Source of the DNA: Candidatus Nomurabacteria bacterium
GTDB lineage: Bacteria; Patescibacteriota; Minisyncoccia; Phycocordibacterales; UBA9973
Assembly (NCBI GenBank): GCA_016699085.1
Contig: CP064958.1
Coordinates: 67,785 to 131,784 of the forward strand
Direction of reading: 5' to 3'
DNA: 64,000 nucleotides
This document shows positions 1-9,608 of this stretch, in pieces. Under the pieces are notes generated by a model. The model ran no database searches. It was not told the origin of the DNA and saw only the letters and a list, made by a program, of their open reading frames with translations. Both the position numbers and the translations under genes were made by a program. Each line of letters opens with the position of its first letter. Position 1 is the stretch's first letter.

Positions 1-392
1 CCAATGTATGAAAACGGAAATGGAAACATCGTAAACCAAATATCTTTGGCAACTTCGTGTATAAACGCAAAACGCTTGTGTCTCGGTACGTAGAGCGGTG
101 TCAAAAATGGCAAACTATGAATCTGATCGATCACGATGTCGAAGTTTTCTTTTTTGAATCTCGTAAACCAGAAAAATGGGGCGAGTAATTGCACACTCCA
201 ATAATAACCTCGACGGATTACGGTATACCCATCAACTATTTCTTCCCTAAGAGCGCCTTCAAAATGATTACAGAAGAGTGTCACCTGGTGGCCTTGATGT
301 ACTAACTCACGGAGAATGCCTTCGGTTAATACTTCAGCCCCACCGGCCTTAGGATTTTTCAAATCCATCCAATTGAACATTAAGATACGCAT
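1..392 (-). CDS. Glycosyltransferase family 4, N-terminal part. Partial: it runs off the window start.
   Basis: Reverse translation from ATG at 390-392 gives 'MRILMFNWMDLKNPKAGGAEVLTEGILRELVHQGHQVTLFCN...', a typical GT4 N-terminal Rossmann domain. No stop codon before position 1. Confidence 0.6.
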   Translation of the reverse strand, partial: MRILMFNWMDLKNPKAGGAEVLTEGILRELVHQGHQVTLFCNHFEGALREEIVDGYTVIRRGYYWSVQLLAPFFWFTRFKKENFDIVIDQIHSLPFLTPLYVPRHKRFAFIHEVAKDIWFTMFPFPFSYI

Positions 393-403
393 AGTAGTAA
401 AGA

Positions 404-466
404 GTGAATAGTTAATAGTGAATAGAAGGTCATAAAAGTAAATAGTGAATAGTGAATAGTGAATAG
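404..466. repeat. Tandem 7-bp repeat array (TGAATAG/TTAATAG/TAAATAG, about 8 units). It lies between the 3' end of the four-helix-bundle gene and the GT4 start codon.
   Basis: Direct reading: 'gtgaatag ttaatag tgaatag...taaatag tgaatag tgaatag tgaatag'. Confidence 0.7.
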
Positions 467-468
467 AG

Positions 469-822
469 CTACTTCTTAGTTGTTTTAATAAGACTAAGCA
501 ACATTTTCTGAATTTCAAATACTAATGATTCAGCTTTCATATATGAAATTTCTGGATACTGTCTTTTTGCAATAATTACTTGGGTTTCAAGTTCTGCAGC
601 CGAAGCAATCGCTATTGATAAAAATCTTCCAAATTCTGTCTGATAATTACGTGACCAACCTTCAGCAATATTTGATGGAATAGAAATCGCTGCACGAAGC
701 ATCTGTGAAGTTAGAGAAAATTGCTCACTTTTAGGAAATTTTTTTGTCATGACATATATTTCATTTACAAGATCAATACCCTTCTGCCAAACTATGAGAT
801 CTTTATAGGATTTTATTTCCAT
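469..822 (-). CDS. Four-helix-bundle protein (PF05635-like, '23S rRNA intervening-sequence protein' family).
   Basis: 117 aa. 'YKDLIVWQKGIDLVNEIY...RAAISIPSNIAEGWSR...GRFLSIAIASAAELETQ' matches the conserved motifs of this family. Confidence 0.8.
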   Translation of the reverse strand: MEIKSYKDLIVWQKGIDLVNEIYVMTKKFPKSEQFSLTSQMLRAAISIPSNIAEGWSRNYQTEFGRFLSIAIASAAELETQVIIAKRQYPEISYMKAESLVFEIQKMLLSLIKTTKK

Positions 823-824
823 AT

Positions 825-856
825 CTATTTACTGTTCACTATTTACTAATTTACTG
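825..856. repeat. 7-bp-periodic array CTATTTA/CTGTTCA/CTATTTA/CTAATTT. It is the reverse complement of the 404-466 array, forming an inverted pair around the four-helix-bundle gene.
   Basis: Direct reading. The array overlaps the GT2 stop codon and ends 3 bp from the four-helix-bundle start codon. Confidence 0.6.
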
Positions 857-1789
857 TCTCTTTGACTTCCTGACTACATACAACGGTCGATTGATAACTT
901 CAGTGTGAATGTTGGCGATATAGAGAGCGATGAGTCCCAAACATGACAGCACAATGCCGATCAAGAATAGCAGGATAACGGCGAGTATGGCGGTACCAGA
1001 GAAATTATAAAAATTTGTAAATATGTAGCGAGACAAAAACATGAAAATACCAAACGGCAAAGAGAAGACGATGATGAGGACTCCGGCATAGCCTGCAAGT
1101 TTGAGTGGAAATAAACTATGCGAAACGAAGCTCTTAATCGCAAGTCCTAAAAGCTTGGAGAAATTGTAGCTCGCAGCACCTGATCGTCGCTCTGGTGCGA
1201 TAAATGGAACTGTATCTCGGCGAAAACCCAGCCAGTCAATGAGGCCTCGAGTAATACGCTCACGCTCAGAGAATTTATTAAACTCATCGATCACGACACG
1301 GTCGATCAGACGGAAGTCAGTCGCATTCGAAAGAATTTCTGTATCAGATATAAGATTTGAAATCGAATAGTAGAGTCTAGAGCCGAGCCGTTTGATGAGA
1401 CCTTCTTTCGTATTGGAACGTCTAATGCCGATCACAATTTCTGCACCAGCTTCCCACTTTGCAATAAATTCTGGAATGAGTTCTGGCGGATGCTGCAAAT
1501 CTGCATCGAGCATGATAACCGCATCCCCTGTCGCTGCATGAATGCCTGCCGTCGTTGCCAATTCTTTGCCGAAATTCCTCGAGAATTCGATCAGTTTGAT
1601 ACGACTATTCGTTACCATGAGCTCTTCGATCGCTTGTACACTACGATCACTACTGCCATCATCAACAAAAATAATCTCACACGTATAGGCTGAGAGTTGA
1701 GTTAGCACCGGTAGTAACGCCGCCATAAGAGGACGAATATTCGCCGCCTCGTTGTACACAGGAATGATAATAGATAGTGATTTATTCAT
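851..1789 (-). CDS. Family-2 glycosyltransferase (polyprenol-phosphate sugar transferase, DPM1/ArnC-like) with C-terminal transmembrane helices.
   Basis: 'IIIPVYNEAANI', 'VDDGSSDRS' and 'DADLQHPPE' (DxD) motifs, plus a hydrophobic C-terminus. Confidence 0.8.
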   Translation of the reverse strand: MNKSLSIIIPVYNEAANIRPLMAALLPVLTQLSAYTCEIIFVDDGSSDRSVQAIEELMVTNSRIKLIEFSRNFGKELATTAGIHAATGDAVIMLDADLQHPPELIPEFIAKWEAGAEIVIGIRRSNTKEGLIKRLGSRLYYSISNLISDTEILSNATDFRLIDRVVIDEFNKFSERERITRGLIDWLGFRRDTVPFIAPERRSGAASYNFSKLLGLAIKSFVSHSLFPLKLAGYAGVLIIVFSLPFGIFMFLSRYIFTNFYNFSGTAILAVILLFLIGIVLSCLGLIALYIANIHTEVINRPLYVVRKSKRQ

Positions 1790-3050
1790 AACGGATATTT
1801 TTTTCTAAAAAGTAGAGGACAATACATGACATGAGTAAAATCGCGCTTGTACCAAGTGACACAAGCACAATCGCGATAATACTAGTATGGAAAATACTGA
1901 TGCCAATAATTTCGGCAAGAGCTAGTATAGATAACGGATAGATGAAGGTTTTGTGATGTGTAGCCAAGAAATACTGAATAAAAACGGTTGCCATAGATGA
2001 GAGTCCCATAGCTCCCGCAAAATAAACCAAGTATGGCGCACCGCCTAGGTATTCGGACCCAAACAGGAGCGATACAATATAGGTCGGAAATGTACCGAAA
2101 AGCACGACAAGAAAGATGCTCGCAAGCCCCACAATAGCAAGTGATAGTGCTAAAAGCTTGCCTGTTTTGCCATCACGAGCAGTGTGCGATGCAGAGGTCA
2201 TCGGGAAAAGCACGACGAGTACTGCCGCTGAACCATAGGTAATAATTTTGCCGAGCACCGAAAGCGCGGCATACTCACCTGCCATAAATGGTTCCAGATA
2301 GTGCTTGGCCAAGAGTGTGTCGACATTCACAAAAATCGCGAGTAGTAATGTCGCTAAAAAGGTAAAGCCGATGTAGTGTCGCTTATCACGAAACACATCA
2401 TACCAATTCGCCTCTGTACTACGCACAACCGCACGTGGCATGCGACGACGCAAAATTAACCAGCCATAGATAAATGCGAGCAAGCTCGCAATGATGAGTG
2501 CACACACAATGCCACCGATCGAAAGGCCTATGAGTACAAAGAGAATTGAAAATGCGAATTTCAAAAGTGCATTGATGACATTACTTATCGAAAGTGCCTT
2601 GAACGCTTGCAGGCCTTGCAAGAAACCATTATTGCTCGCAGTAAAAAATGACAACGGTAGCAATAAACTAAAGATAAGCATCGGCACGAGAGGCACATGC
2701 AAGTACGACGACAACGGCAATGCGAGAATAAGCGTGAGGATAAAGCTCCCAACACCGAGATAATACATCGGCACTCTCGTCGCACGACGAAGCGCACTAA
2801 CCGCATCAGTTTCGCCTTTGGCAATATGATCAGCAGTGTATTTGGATAAGATCATCGAAATCGTACCTCCCGGAACACTGACGATCACTAACAGTGTAAA
2901 CAGGGCGACGAGTTCACCATAGATTTCTGGCGGCAAGAGCCTACCCATGACGAGGTTGAATGCGTAGTTTAAGAAGTTCGCCGCAACCGAGCCAATAAAG
3001 ACAATGGTGCTCGCCTGCAAGAATCGGTTATTGAATAGCGTGCGAAACAT
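1782..3050 (-). CDS. Polysaccharide/oligosaccharide flippase (Wzx-like, MOP superfamily). The true start is probably the Met at 3050, not 3068.
   Basis: About 12 predicted transmembrane helices over the whole length. It overlaps the GT2 gene by 8 nt, consistent with an operon. Confidence 0.55.
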   Translation of the reverse strand: MFRTLFNNRFLQASTIVFIGSVAANFLNYAFNLVMGRLLPPEIYGELVALFTLLVIVSVPGGTISMILSKYTADHIAKGETDAVSALRRATRVPMYYLGVGSFILTLILALPLSSYLHVPLVPMLIFSLLLPLSFFTASNNGFLQGLQAFKALSISNVINALLKFAFSILFVLIGLSIGGIVCALIIASLLAFIYGWLILRRRMPRAVVRSTEANWYDVFRDKRHYIGFTFLATLLLAIFVNVDTLLAKHYLEPFMAGEYAALSVLGKIITYGSAAVLVVLFPMTSASHTARDGKTGKLLALSLAIVGLASIFLVVLFGTFPTYIVSLLFGSEYLGGAPYLVYFAGAMGLSSMATVFIQYFLATHHKTFIYPLSILALAEIIGISIFHTSIIAIVLVSLGTSAILLMSCIVLYFLEKNIRYE

Positions 3051-3080
3051 GTATATATAGTATAGCAAACATTACTTAAT

Positions 3081-3112
3081 GAATAAAAATAGCCGTATGT
3101 ATAGACGGCTAT
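3081..3112 (-). terminator. Rho-independent terminator for the 3121..3699 gene.
   Basis: Stem ATAGCCGT/ACGGCTAT followed by a T-run on the minus strand. Confidence 0.5.
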
Positions 3113-3120
3113 TGAATATA

Positions 3121-3699
3121 TTACATTTCTAAACTTATACAGAACAATCGATACGCCTGGAAATCGTATGAACTTACCGAGCCTTGATGATTTTCATTAA
3201 GGAAATATCTTAATACCCTCTCTCTGTCATCCAAACGTCTAGCTACGTTACTATCTAATTGGACTTCAAACATGATATCAATATAATTTTCCTTTTCACC
3301 GTCATATTTTTTTTGCTTAATATAAATATTTGTATCAAGCTCTTTCTTTCGCAAAAAAATTGGCAGGTCACTCCACTTATTAACTATGTCATCATGCCTT
3401 AGTGCATCATACTCTTTATGCACTCTGGAGATAACCAGCATTGATAGTGGGATCAGATCTTTTTTACCAGTCTGCATATCTTCCAAAATATCCAAAACAT
3501 TTGCCCAAAATATTGGGCCGGATTCAAGATCATCAATATCACGGGGTAATGGATAACGAATGGTACACTCTTCACTTGAAAAACTTAAGGTATTTTCAGC
3601 AAAAGCAATTCCTTTTTGCTCTGCTAAAATCATAAATTGCGTTTGTAGTTCGGTATAGGGTTTTACCTTTAATTCGTGACTTACCTGTTGGTCTACCAT
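3121..3699 (-). CDS. Hypothetical protein (192 aa), cytoplasmic and acidic.
   Basis: Long ORF with no recognisable motifs. Confidence 0.45.
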   Translation of the reverse strand: MVDQQVSHELKVKPYTELQTQFMILAEQKGIAFAENTLSFSSEECTIRYPLPRDIDDLESGPIFWANVLDILEDMQTGKKDLIPLSMLVISRVHKEYDALRHDDIVNKWSDLPIFLRKKELDTNIYIKQKKYDGEKENYIDIMFEVQLDSNVARRLDDRERVLRYFLNENHQGSVSSYDFQAYRLFCISLEM

Positions 3700-3916
3700 G
3701 GGAGAACGTTTTTAATAAAATAAAATATTTAATGAAAAAAGTCAAGGAAAATAAAAATCCGCCCCTACCGTAAATAGGGACGGATACTAACTGTTATCTC
3801 GTTTTTCGGCCCTCAATGCGTCGGCCAGATAACAGTAAAAAACTAAAAGATTAGTAATAGTTTAGTACGAAACAAATTTTTTGTCAAACAATCCTATCGC
3901 CTGCTATACTTGCCCT

Positions 3917-6900
3917 ATGTCGAAACCATTTACTCATCTCCATACCCATTCTCACTACTCACTCCTAGATGGGCTATCGAAGATAGATGATTTGGTCAAC
4001 CGCGCAAAAGAACATGGTATGGAAGCACTCGCACTTACCGATCATGGCAACATGTACGGTGCTATCGAATTCTACAAAGCCTGCAAAAAAGAAAATATCA
4101 AACCTATCATCGGCGTCGAAGCCTATGTCGCCGAGCGAACGAGGTTTGATAAAGATCCTAACATTGATGCCAAACGGTATCATCTAACTTTGCTTGCCCG
4201 AAACGAAACTGGTTACAAAAATCTCATGCGACTCGTCTCGAAAGCTAACATCGAAGGCTACTACTACAAGCCACGCATGGATCATGATCTACTCAAAGAA
4301 CATGCTTCCGGACTTATATGCCTCACAGGATGCCCTGCCAGTCGTTTCATTCACCATGTTAAAAATAATCAGATTGATGAAGCCAGGAAGCTCCTTCATT
4401 TCTACATCGATATATTTGGGAAAGAGCATGTGTTCGTCGAAGTCATGCATCATGATGATGTTGATTGGTATACACCACTGTTGCCTACTATCAAACAAAT
4501 CGCACAAGACCTCGATCTACCGATCGTCGGTACGTGGGATTCGCACTACCTCCACAAAGATGATGCGGAAGCACAAGATACACTCCTAGCAATTAACACT
4601 GGCTCAGATGTGGGAAGTAATAAGATATCAATGAAGTCTGGCGACTATTCATTTATTAGTTCAGACGAAGCCTATAAAATATTCCACGACATGCCCGAAG
4701 CCTGTGCGAATACACAAAAAGTTGTGGATCTCGTTTCTATAGAGCTCTCACTCGGAAACTGGTATTTCCCAAACTACGAAATCCCTGAGGGAACCACGTA
4801 TGACAGCGAACTGTCTAAATTCACCTACCTCGGGATGGAGACTCGCAATATCGAGAAGACACCAGAGCGACTCGAACGCATCGCGTATGAACTCGACGTT
4901 ATCAAGAATAAAGGCTACGCGCCCTACTTCCTCGTCGTTGCCGATCTGTTGAAATTCGCCCGTGAGCACAATATCGTCACCACAACGAGAGGCTCGGCCG
5001 CAGGATCAATGGTCTCGTACCTTAACTACATCACGACGGTTGATCCGATCGAATACAATTTGCCATTTGAAAGATTCTTGAACCCATACCGTCCATCGGC
5101 ACCTGATATCGATATGGATATAGCTGACAACAGACGCGATGAAATGATCGATTATGCCAAATTAAAATATGGCGCAGATAAAGTTGCTCAGATCGGAACA
5201 TTCGGTACCATGATGGCACGTGGTTCAGTGCGTGACGTAGCACGTGCACTCGGCTATCCATATAGCATCGGCGATCGTCTCTCAAAACTCATACCGATGG
5301 GTAGCCAAGGTTTCCCTATGACGATCGATCATGCCATGGAACTCGTACCAGAACTTCAAACAGCGTATGACAACGAGCGTGAGACAAAAGAAATTATTGA
5401 TCTCGCAAAAAAAATGGAAGGCTGTGCACGACATATCTCTGTGCACGCAGCAGGCGTCGTTATCGCACCTTCGGCTATCGAAGATTTTACCCCGATACAG
5501 TTTGACCCCAAAGGCGGCAAAATCATCACACAGTACGACATGTACACGATCGAAGAAGCGGGACTCCTCAAGCTCGACTTTCTCGGTATCAGAAACTTAG
5601 CCATCTTAGGAGATGCCATCGAACGCATCATGAAAATCAGAGGTATAAAGATCGATCTCGACGATCTGCCAAAGCAAGACAAAAAAACATTTGAAATGCT
5701 TGCCCGTGGTGAAACTGTTGGCGTCTTCCAGCTCGGCAATGACGGCATGACAAAAGCCGTCAAGAAACTAGAACCAACGACAATCGATGACTTGAATGTC
5801 ATGGTCGCACTCTATCGTCCAGGACCAATGGCGACGATCGATGAATACATTGCGAGAAAGCATGGCAAGAATAAGACGATTTACTATCATCCGAAAATGG
5901 AAAAGTTTTTGCACAAAAGTTTTGGACTCTTGGTCTATCAAGATGATCTCCTCTACACGGCGATCGAACTCGCTGGCTATGACTGGGAATCAGTTGATAA
6001 ATTCCGCAAAGCAGTCGGTAAAAAAATCCCAGAAGAAATGGCAAAGCAACATACCAAATTCGTCGATGGCTGCCAAAAATATTCTGCCATGTCAAAAAAA
6101 GATGCCGAGAAAATCTGGGAGCTCTTTGAACCATTCCAAGGCTACGGATTCAACAAAGCTCATGCCGCAAGTTACGGCAAAGTCGCCTACCAAACAGCGT
6201 ATTTGAAAGCTAACTTCCCTGCAGAATACATGAGTGCAGTATTGACTGCCGAGTCTGATGACCTCGAGCGAATCGCAGAAGTGATCGCTGAGTGTAAACG
6301 CATGGGCTTTGTTGTACTGCCACCTGATATTAATGAGAGCTTCTCTGACTTTACTGTCGTACTCGATGAACAAGGATCGGTAACAAACACAATTCGCTTC
6401 GGTCTTCGCAGTATTAAAAATTTCGGTGAAGAGATCGGTAAGGCAATTATTGGCGAGCGCAAAGCGCATGGAGCATTTGCATCACTCGTGAATTTCCTCG
6501 ATCGAGTCCATCACAAGAACCTGAACAAGAAATCACTTGAGGCACTCGTCATGTGCGGTGCGATGGATACGCTCGGTGAGCGCGGTACACTCATGCGGAA
6601 CATGGAAGTGTTGCTCGAATACAACAAGGAAAATGAAAAAATGCGTGGACAAGATTCATTGTTCGGAGGACTAACGAGCTATGATGGCGGTAGTCTTGAA
6701 CTAGTTCCCGGTGACACTGCGACACAAGCAGAAAAATTGCTTTGGGAGAAAGAACTGCTCGGTCTCTATGTCTCAGGTCATCCACTCGAACGCTGTCGCG
6801 CACAAATCGAGCAAAGCGGTATGCATATAGGCAAAATTAGAACTGATATTAAAAATGGCATGCCGGTTATTTTGGGCGCGATGATTACTGCTATCAAAAC

Positions 6901-7102
6901 AGTTACGACCAAAAATAATGACACGATGCTTTTTGTAACCCTCACTGACTTTGAAGGATCAATGGAGGCCGTCGTGTTTTCAAAAACGTATGCACAGCAC
7001 CGAGACTTATTTGTGATCGATACCTGCGTCGCCATCAAGGGCCGCGTGTCTATCAGAAATGATGAGAAGAGTATCATCATCGAAGGTATAAAAAAAATAT
7101 AA
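3917..7102 (+). CDS. dnaE: DNA polymerase III alpha subunit.
   Basis: N-terminal PHP motif 'FTHLHTHSHYSLLDG' and polymerase core motifs throughout. The start is probably the second Met (MSKPF...). Confidence 0.9.
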   Translation: MSKPFTHLHTHSHYSLLDGLSKIDDLVNRAKEHGMEALALTDHGNMYGAIEFYKACKKENIKPIIGVEAYVAERTRFDKDPNIDAKRYHLTLLARNETGYKNLMRLVSKANIEGYYYKPRMDHDLLKEHASGLICLTGCPASRFIHHVKNNQIDEARKLLHFYIDIFGKEHVFVEVMHHDDVDWYTPLLPTIKQIAQDLDLPIVGTWDSHYLHKDDAEAQDTLLAINTGSDVGSNKISMKSGDYSFISSDEAYKIFHDMPEACANTQKVVDLVSIELSLGNWYFPNYEIPEGTTYDSELSKFTYLGMETRNIEKTPERLERIAYELDVIKNKGYAPYFLVVADLLKFAREHNIVTTTRGSAAGSMVSYLNYITTVDPIEYNLPFERFLNPYRPSAPDIDMDIADNRRDEMIDYAKLKYGADKVAQIGTFGTMMARGSVRDVARALGYPYSIGDRLSKLIPMGSQGFPMTIDHAMELVPELQTAYDNERETKEIIDLAKKMEGCARHISVHAAGVVIAPSAIEDFTPIQFDPKGGKIITQYDMYTIEEAGLLKLDFLGIRNLAILGDAIERIMKIRGIKIDLDDLPKQDKKTFEMLARGETVGVFQLGNDGMTKAVKKLEPTTIDDLNVMVALYRPGPMATIDEYIARKHGKNKTIYYHPKMEKFLHKSFGLLVYQDDLLYTAIELAGYDWESVDKFRKAVGKKIPEEMAKQHTKFVDGCQKYSAMSKKDAEKIWELFEPFQGYGFNKAHAASYGKVAYQTAYLKANFPAEYMSAVLTAESDDLERIAEVIAECKRMGFVVLPPDINESFSDFTVVLDEQGSVTNTIRFGLRSIKNFGEEIGKAIIGERKAHGAFASLVNFLDRVHHKNLNKKSLEALVMCGAMDTLGERGTLMRNMEVLLEYNKENEKMRGQDSLFGGLTSYDGGSLELVPGDTATQAEKLLWEKELLGLYVSGHPLERCRAQIEQSGMHIGKIRTDIKNGMPVILGAMITAIKTVTTKNNDTMLFVTLTDFEGSMEAVVFSKTYAQHRDLFVIDTCVAIKGRVSIRNDEKSIIIEGIKKI

Positions 7103-7126
7103 CCCGAACCGATTAGGGTTTGGGTT
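7101..7126. terminator. Hairpin terminator between dnaE (+) and the 7137..7472 gene (-). Likely bidirectional.
   Basis: AACCCGAACC-gattag-GGTTTGGGTT, with a T-run on the minus-strand side. Confidence 0.5.
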
Positions 7127-7136
7127 ATATGTTCAG

Positions 7137-7472
7137 TTATTGGAAACTTCCGGAGACCTGAATACTCTCCTGAATTGAGAGGTACATTTGTACTCTACTT
7201 TTTGTATCTGACTGTGAAGTATACTGCTCAACGAACTCTAATCTTTTCCTGAAACGAGCCATCGAACGACTCGAAATAATGAGGTCGAGTAACTCTTCGC
7301 ATAAATCATCAATCTCTTTTTGATTGAGATCTGGTCGACATTCATTTTCATTCTGAATCTTTACCAGATCTCTGATTTCCTGTTTTTTCTGTCTGATTTT
7401 CATTGTAAGTGATGGAAATAAGAAAAAATAAAGCTTCACAGGAAAGTAGATAATCAATGGAAGTTTTTTCAT
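7137..7472 (-). CDS. Hypothetical protein (111 aa).
   Basis: ORF only. Confidence 0.35.
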   Translation of the reverse strand: MKKLPLIIYFPVKLYFFLFPSLTMKIRQKKQEIRDLVKIQNENECRPDLNQKEIDDLCEELLDLIISSRSMARFRKRLEFVEQYTSQSDTKSRVQMYLSIQESIQVSGSFQ

Positions 7473-7546
7473 AACGTATGGGTTTGGTTAAGGAAAATTA
7501 AATAAATTATACGCTATTTTACAGAAAATGCAAGCTACAACTGAAT

Positions 7547-9316
7547 TTGTCATATGGTATTATTGGGCTTATGCCTGAAGAAAAATTAAACCAAATCCGT
7601 CACACCCTTGCCCATCTCTTGGCTGCATCAATACGAACACTCTATCCCAATGCACAAAATTCCATTGGCCCTGCAATAGAAAATGGCTTCTATCAAGATT
7701 TCGATTTGCCTGAGACAATATCTGAAAAAGACTTCCCTGTGATCGAAGCAAAGATGAACGAACTCTTGATGACATGGAAAGAATTCACCAAGCGAGATGT
7801 AACACCTGACGAAGCCAAAAAAGAATTTGCATGGAATAAGTACAAAGTCGAACTCATAGAAGAATTCTCACAAAAAGGCGACCAGCTAACATTCTATACA
7901 GCTGGCGAATTTGTTGATCTCTGTCGCGGCGGCCATGTTGAACATCCACATACTGATATCGTGCCAGGTTCATGGAAGCTCGATCGAGTTGCGGGAGCGT
8001 ATTGGCGTGGCGATGAGAAAAATAAAATGCTTACTCGCATTTATGGACTTGCATTTGAATCAAAAGAAAAACTCGATGGTTATATCGCCATGCAAGAAGA
8101 AGCAAAGAAACGCGACCATCGTAAACTAGGTAAAGAACTCGGATTATTTTTATTCTCTGATCTTGTTGGACCAGGATTGCCATTATGGACACCCAAAGGC
8201 ACACTGTTGCGCGAGCTTCTCAATGACTATGTCTGGAGTCTTCGAAAAAAGTATGGGTACGAAAAAGTAACAATCCCGCACATTACGAAAAAAGAATTGT
8301 ATGAGACCTCTGGGCATTGGGCAAAATATGCTGATGATCTTTTTAAAATTCATACACGGGAAAATAAACTCTTTGCTATGAAGCCCATGAACTGCCCTCA
8401 TCACACGCAAATATTTGATTCTGAACCAAGAAGCTATCGTGATATGCCGCAGCGATATTGCGAAACAACAATGGTATATCGAGATGAACAATCAGGCGAA
8501 CTATCAGGTCTGTCGAGAGTGATATCGATTACCCAAGATGATGCTCACGTTTTTTGCCGTGAAAGCCAGATCGAGGAAGAATCATTAAAGATTTGGGATA
8601 TTATTGAAAAATTCTATGGTGCATTCGGCTTTGAGCTCACACCACGACTATCTCGACATGATCCTGATAATTTTGAAAAATATCTAGGCACAAAAGAAAC
8701 GTGGGAAAAAGCTGAAGGAGCGCTCAAAGATCTCATCGAGAAGAAAAATGCTGTCGCGATAGATGGCAAAGGAGAAGCAGCATTTTATGGACCAAAAATA
8801 GATTTCCTCGGCAAAGATTCACTTGGGCGAGAACACCAAGTGGGTACAATCCAGATAGATTTCGTCCAACCAAAAAACTTCGGTCTCACGTTTACAAATG
8901 AAAAAGGTGAGAAAGAAAATGTCGTCATGATTCACTGTGCAATCATGGGCTCTATCGAGCGATTTATGATGATCATGATCGAACATCTCGGCGGATCATT
9001 CCCAACCTGGCTCTCACCAGTACAAGTCGCAATTATTCCCGTTCGCGAAAATCATATAGAGTATGCAAAGAAAGTTGAAACAGATCTTGAAGAATCCGGC
9101 ATTCGGGCAAAAATGTATGATGCTAATGACAGCCTCGGCAAACGCATCCATGCTGCAAAAGGACAGAAAATCCCGTACGTCATTGTGATCGGTGATAAAG
9201 AAATGTCTTCAGGAAACCTCACCATCGAAAAGCGTGACGGAACAAAAGATGAGCAAACACTTGCAATCTTTATTGAAATGCTTAATGGAGAGGTCAAAAA
9301 CCGTTCATTAAATTAG
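7547..9316 (+). CDS. thrS: Threonyl-tRNA synthetase lacking the N-terminal TGS domain.
   Basis: 'HTLAHLLA' editing-domain His pair, 'RDHRKLGKELGLF', class-II motifs, 'FYGPKIDF', and a C-terminal anticodon-binding domain. Confidence 0.9.
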   Translation: MSYGIIGLMPEEKLNQIRHTLAHLLAASIRTLYPNAQNSIGPAIENGFYQDFDLPETISEKDFPVIEAKMNELLMTWKEFTKRDVTPDEAKKEFAWNKYKVELIEEFSQKGDQLTFYTAGEFVDLCRGGHVEHPHTDIVPGSWKLDRVAGAYWRGDEKNKMLTRIYGLAFESKEKLDGYIAMQEEAKKRDHRKLGKELGLFLFSDLVGPGLPLWTPKGTLLRELLNDYVWSLRKKYGYEKVTIPHITKKELYETSGHWAKYADDLFKIHTRENKLFAMKPMNCPHHTQIFDSEPRSYRDMPQRYCETTMVYRDEQSGELSGLSRVISITQDDAHVFCRESQIEEESLKIWDIIEKFYGAFGFELTPRLSRHDPDNFEKYLGTKETWEKAEGALKDLIEKKNAVAIDGKGEAAFYGPKIDFLGKDSLGREHQVGTIQIDFVQPKNFGLTFTNEKGEKENVVMIHCAIMGSIERFMMIMIEHLGGSFPTWLSPVQVAIIPVRENHIEYAKKVETDLEESGIRAKMYDANDSLGKRIHAAKGQKIPYVIVIGDKEMSSGNLTIEKRDGTKDEQTLAIFIEMLNGEVKNRSLN

Positions 9317-9337
9317 GAATGTGCTCGTCACACTTTT

Positions 9338-9372
9338 CTATTTACTAATTACTAGTCACTATTTACTACCCC
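9338..9372. repeat. Heptad array CTATTTA/CTAATTA/CTAGTCA/CTATTTA/CTACCCC directly abutting the ATG at 9373.
   Basis: Direct reading. Confidence 0.6.
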
Positions 9373-9567
9373 ATGTTTGAAAATAATGTATACAATTTGA
9401 TGATGCAAGTAACCGTCGAGCACGTATCGCTCTGGCGTATAAAAGATGACTACATGAAAGATGCCAAGAAATCTCCTGAGGTTAAGAAGTTCTGGATGAA
9501 AATGATTCATGACAAAGAATCTCAAATCAAAGAACTCAAGGCACTCATCAAGAAAGAAATGAAATAA
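9373..9567 (+). CDS. Small hypothetical protein (64 aa).
   Basis: ORF preceded by the heptad array and followed by a strong terminator. Confidence 0.4.
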   Translation: MFENNVYNLMMQVTVEHVSLWRIKDDYMKDAKKSPEVKKFWMKMIHDKESQIKELKALIKKEMK

Positions 9568-9570
9568 TAA

Positions 9571-9596
9571 AAACCCCTGCTATGCAGGGGTTTTTG
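9571..9596. terminator. Rho-independent terminator, bidirectional.
   Basis: CCCCTGC-tat-GCAGGGG followed by TTTTT. It is flanked by convergent genes. Confidence 0.75.
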
Positions 9597-9608
9597 ATTC
9601 AGTAGAAA

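Noticed and set aside
404-466. The heptad arrays as a possible CRISPR array.
   Set aside because: The unit is 7 bp with no spacers and no cas genes. It is far too short for CRISPR repeats; it is a microsatellite-like or regulatory array.
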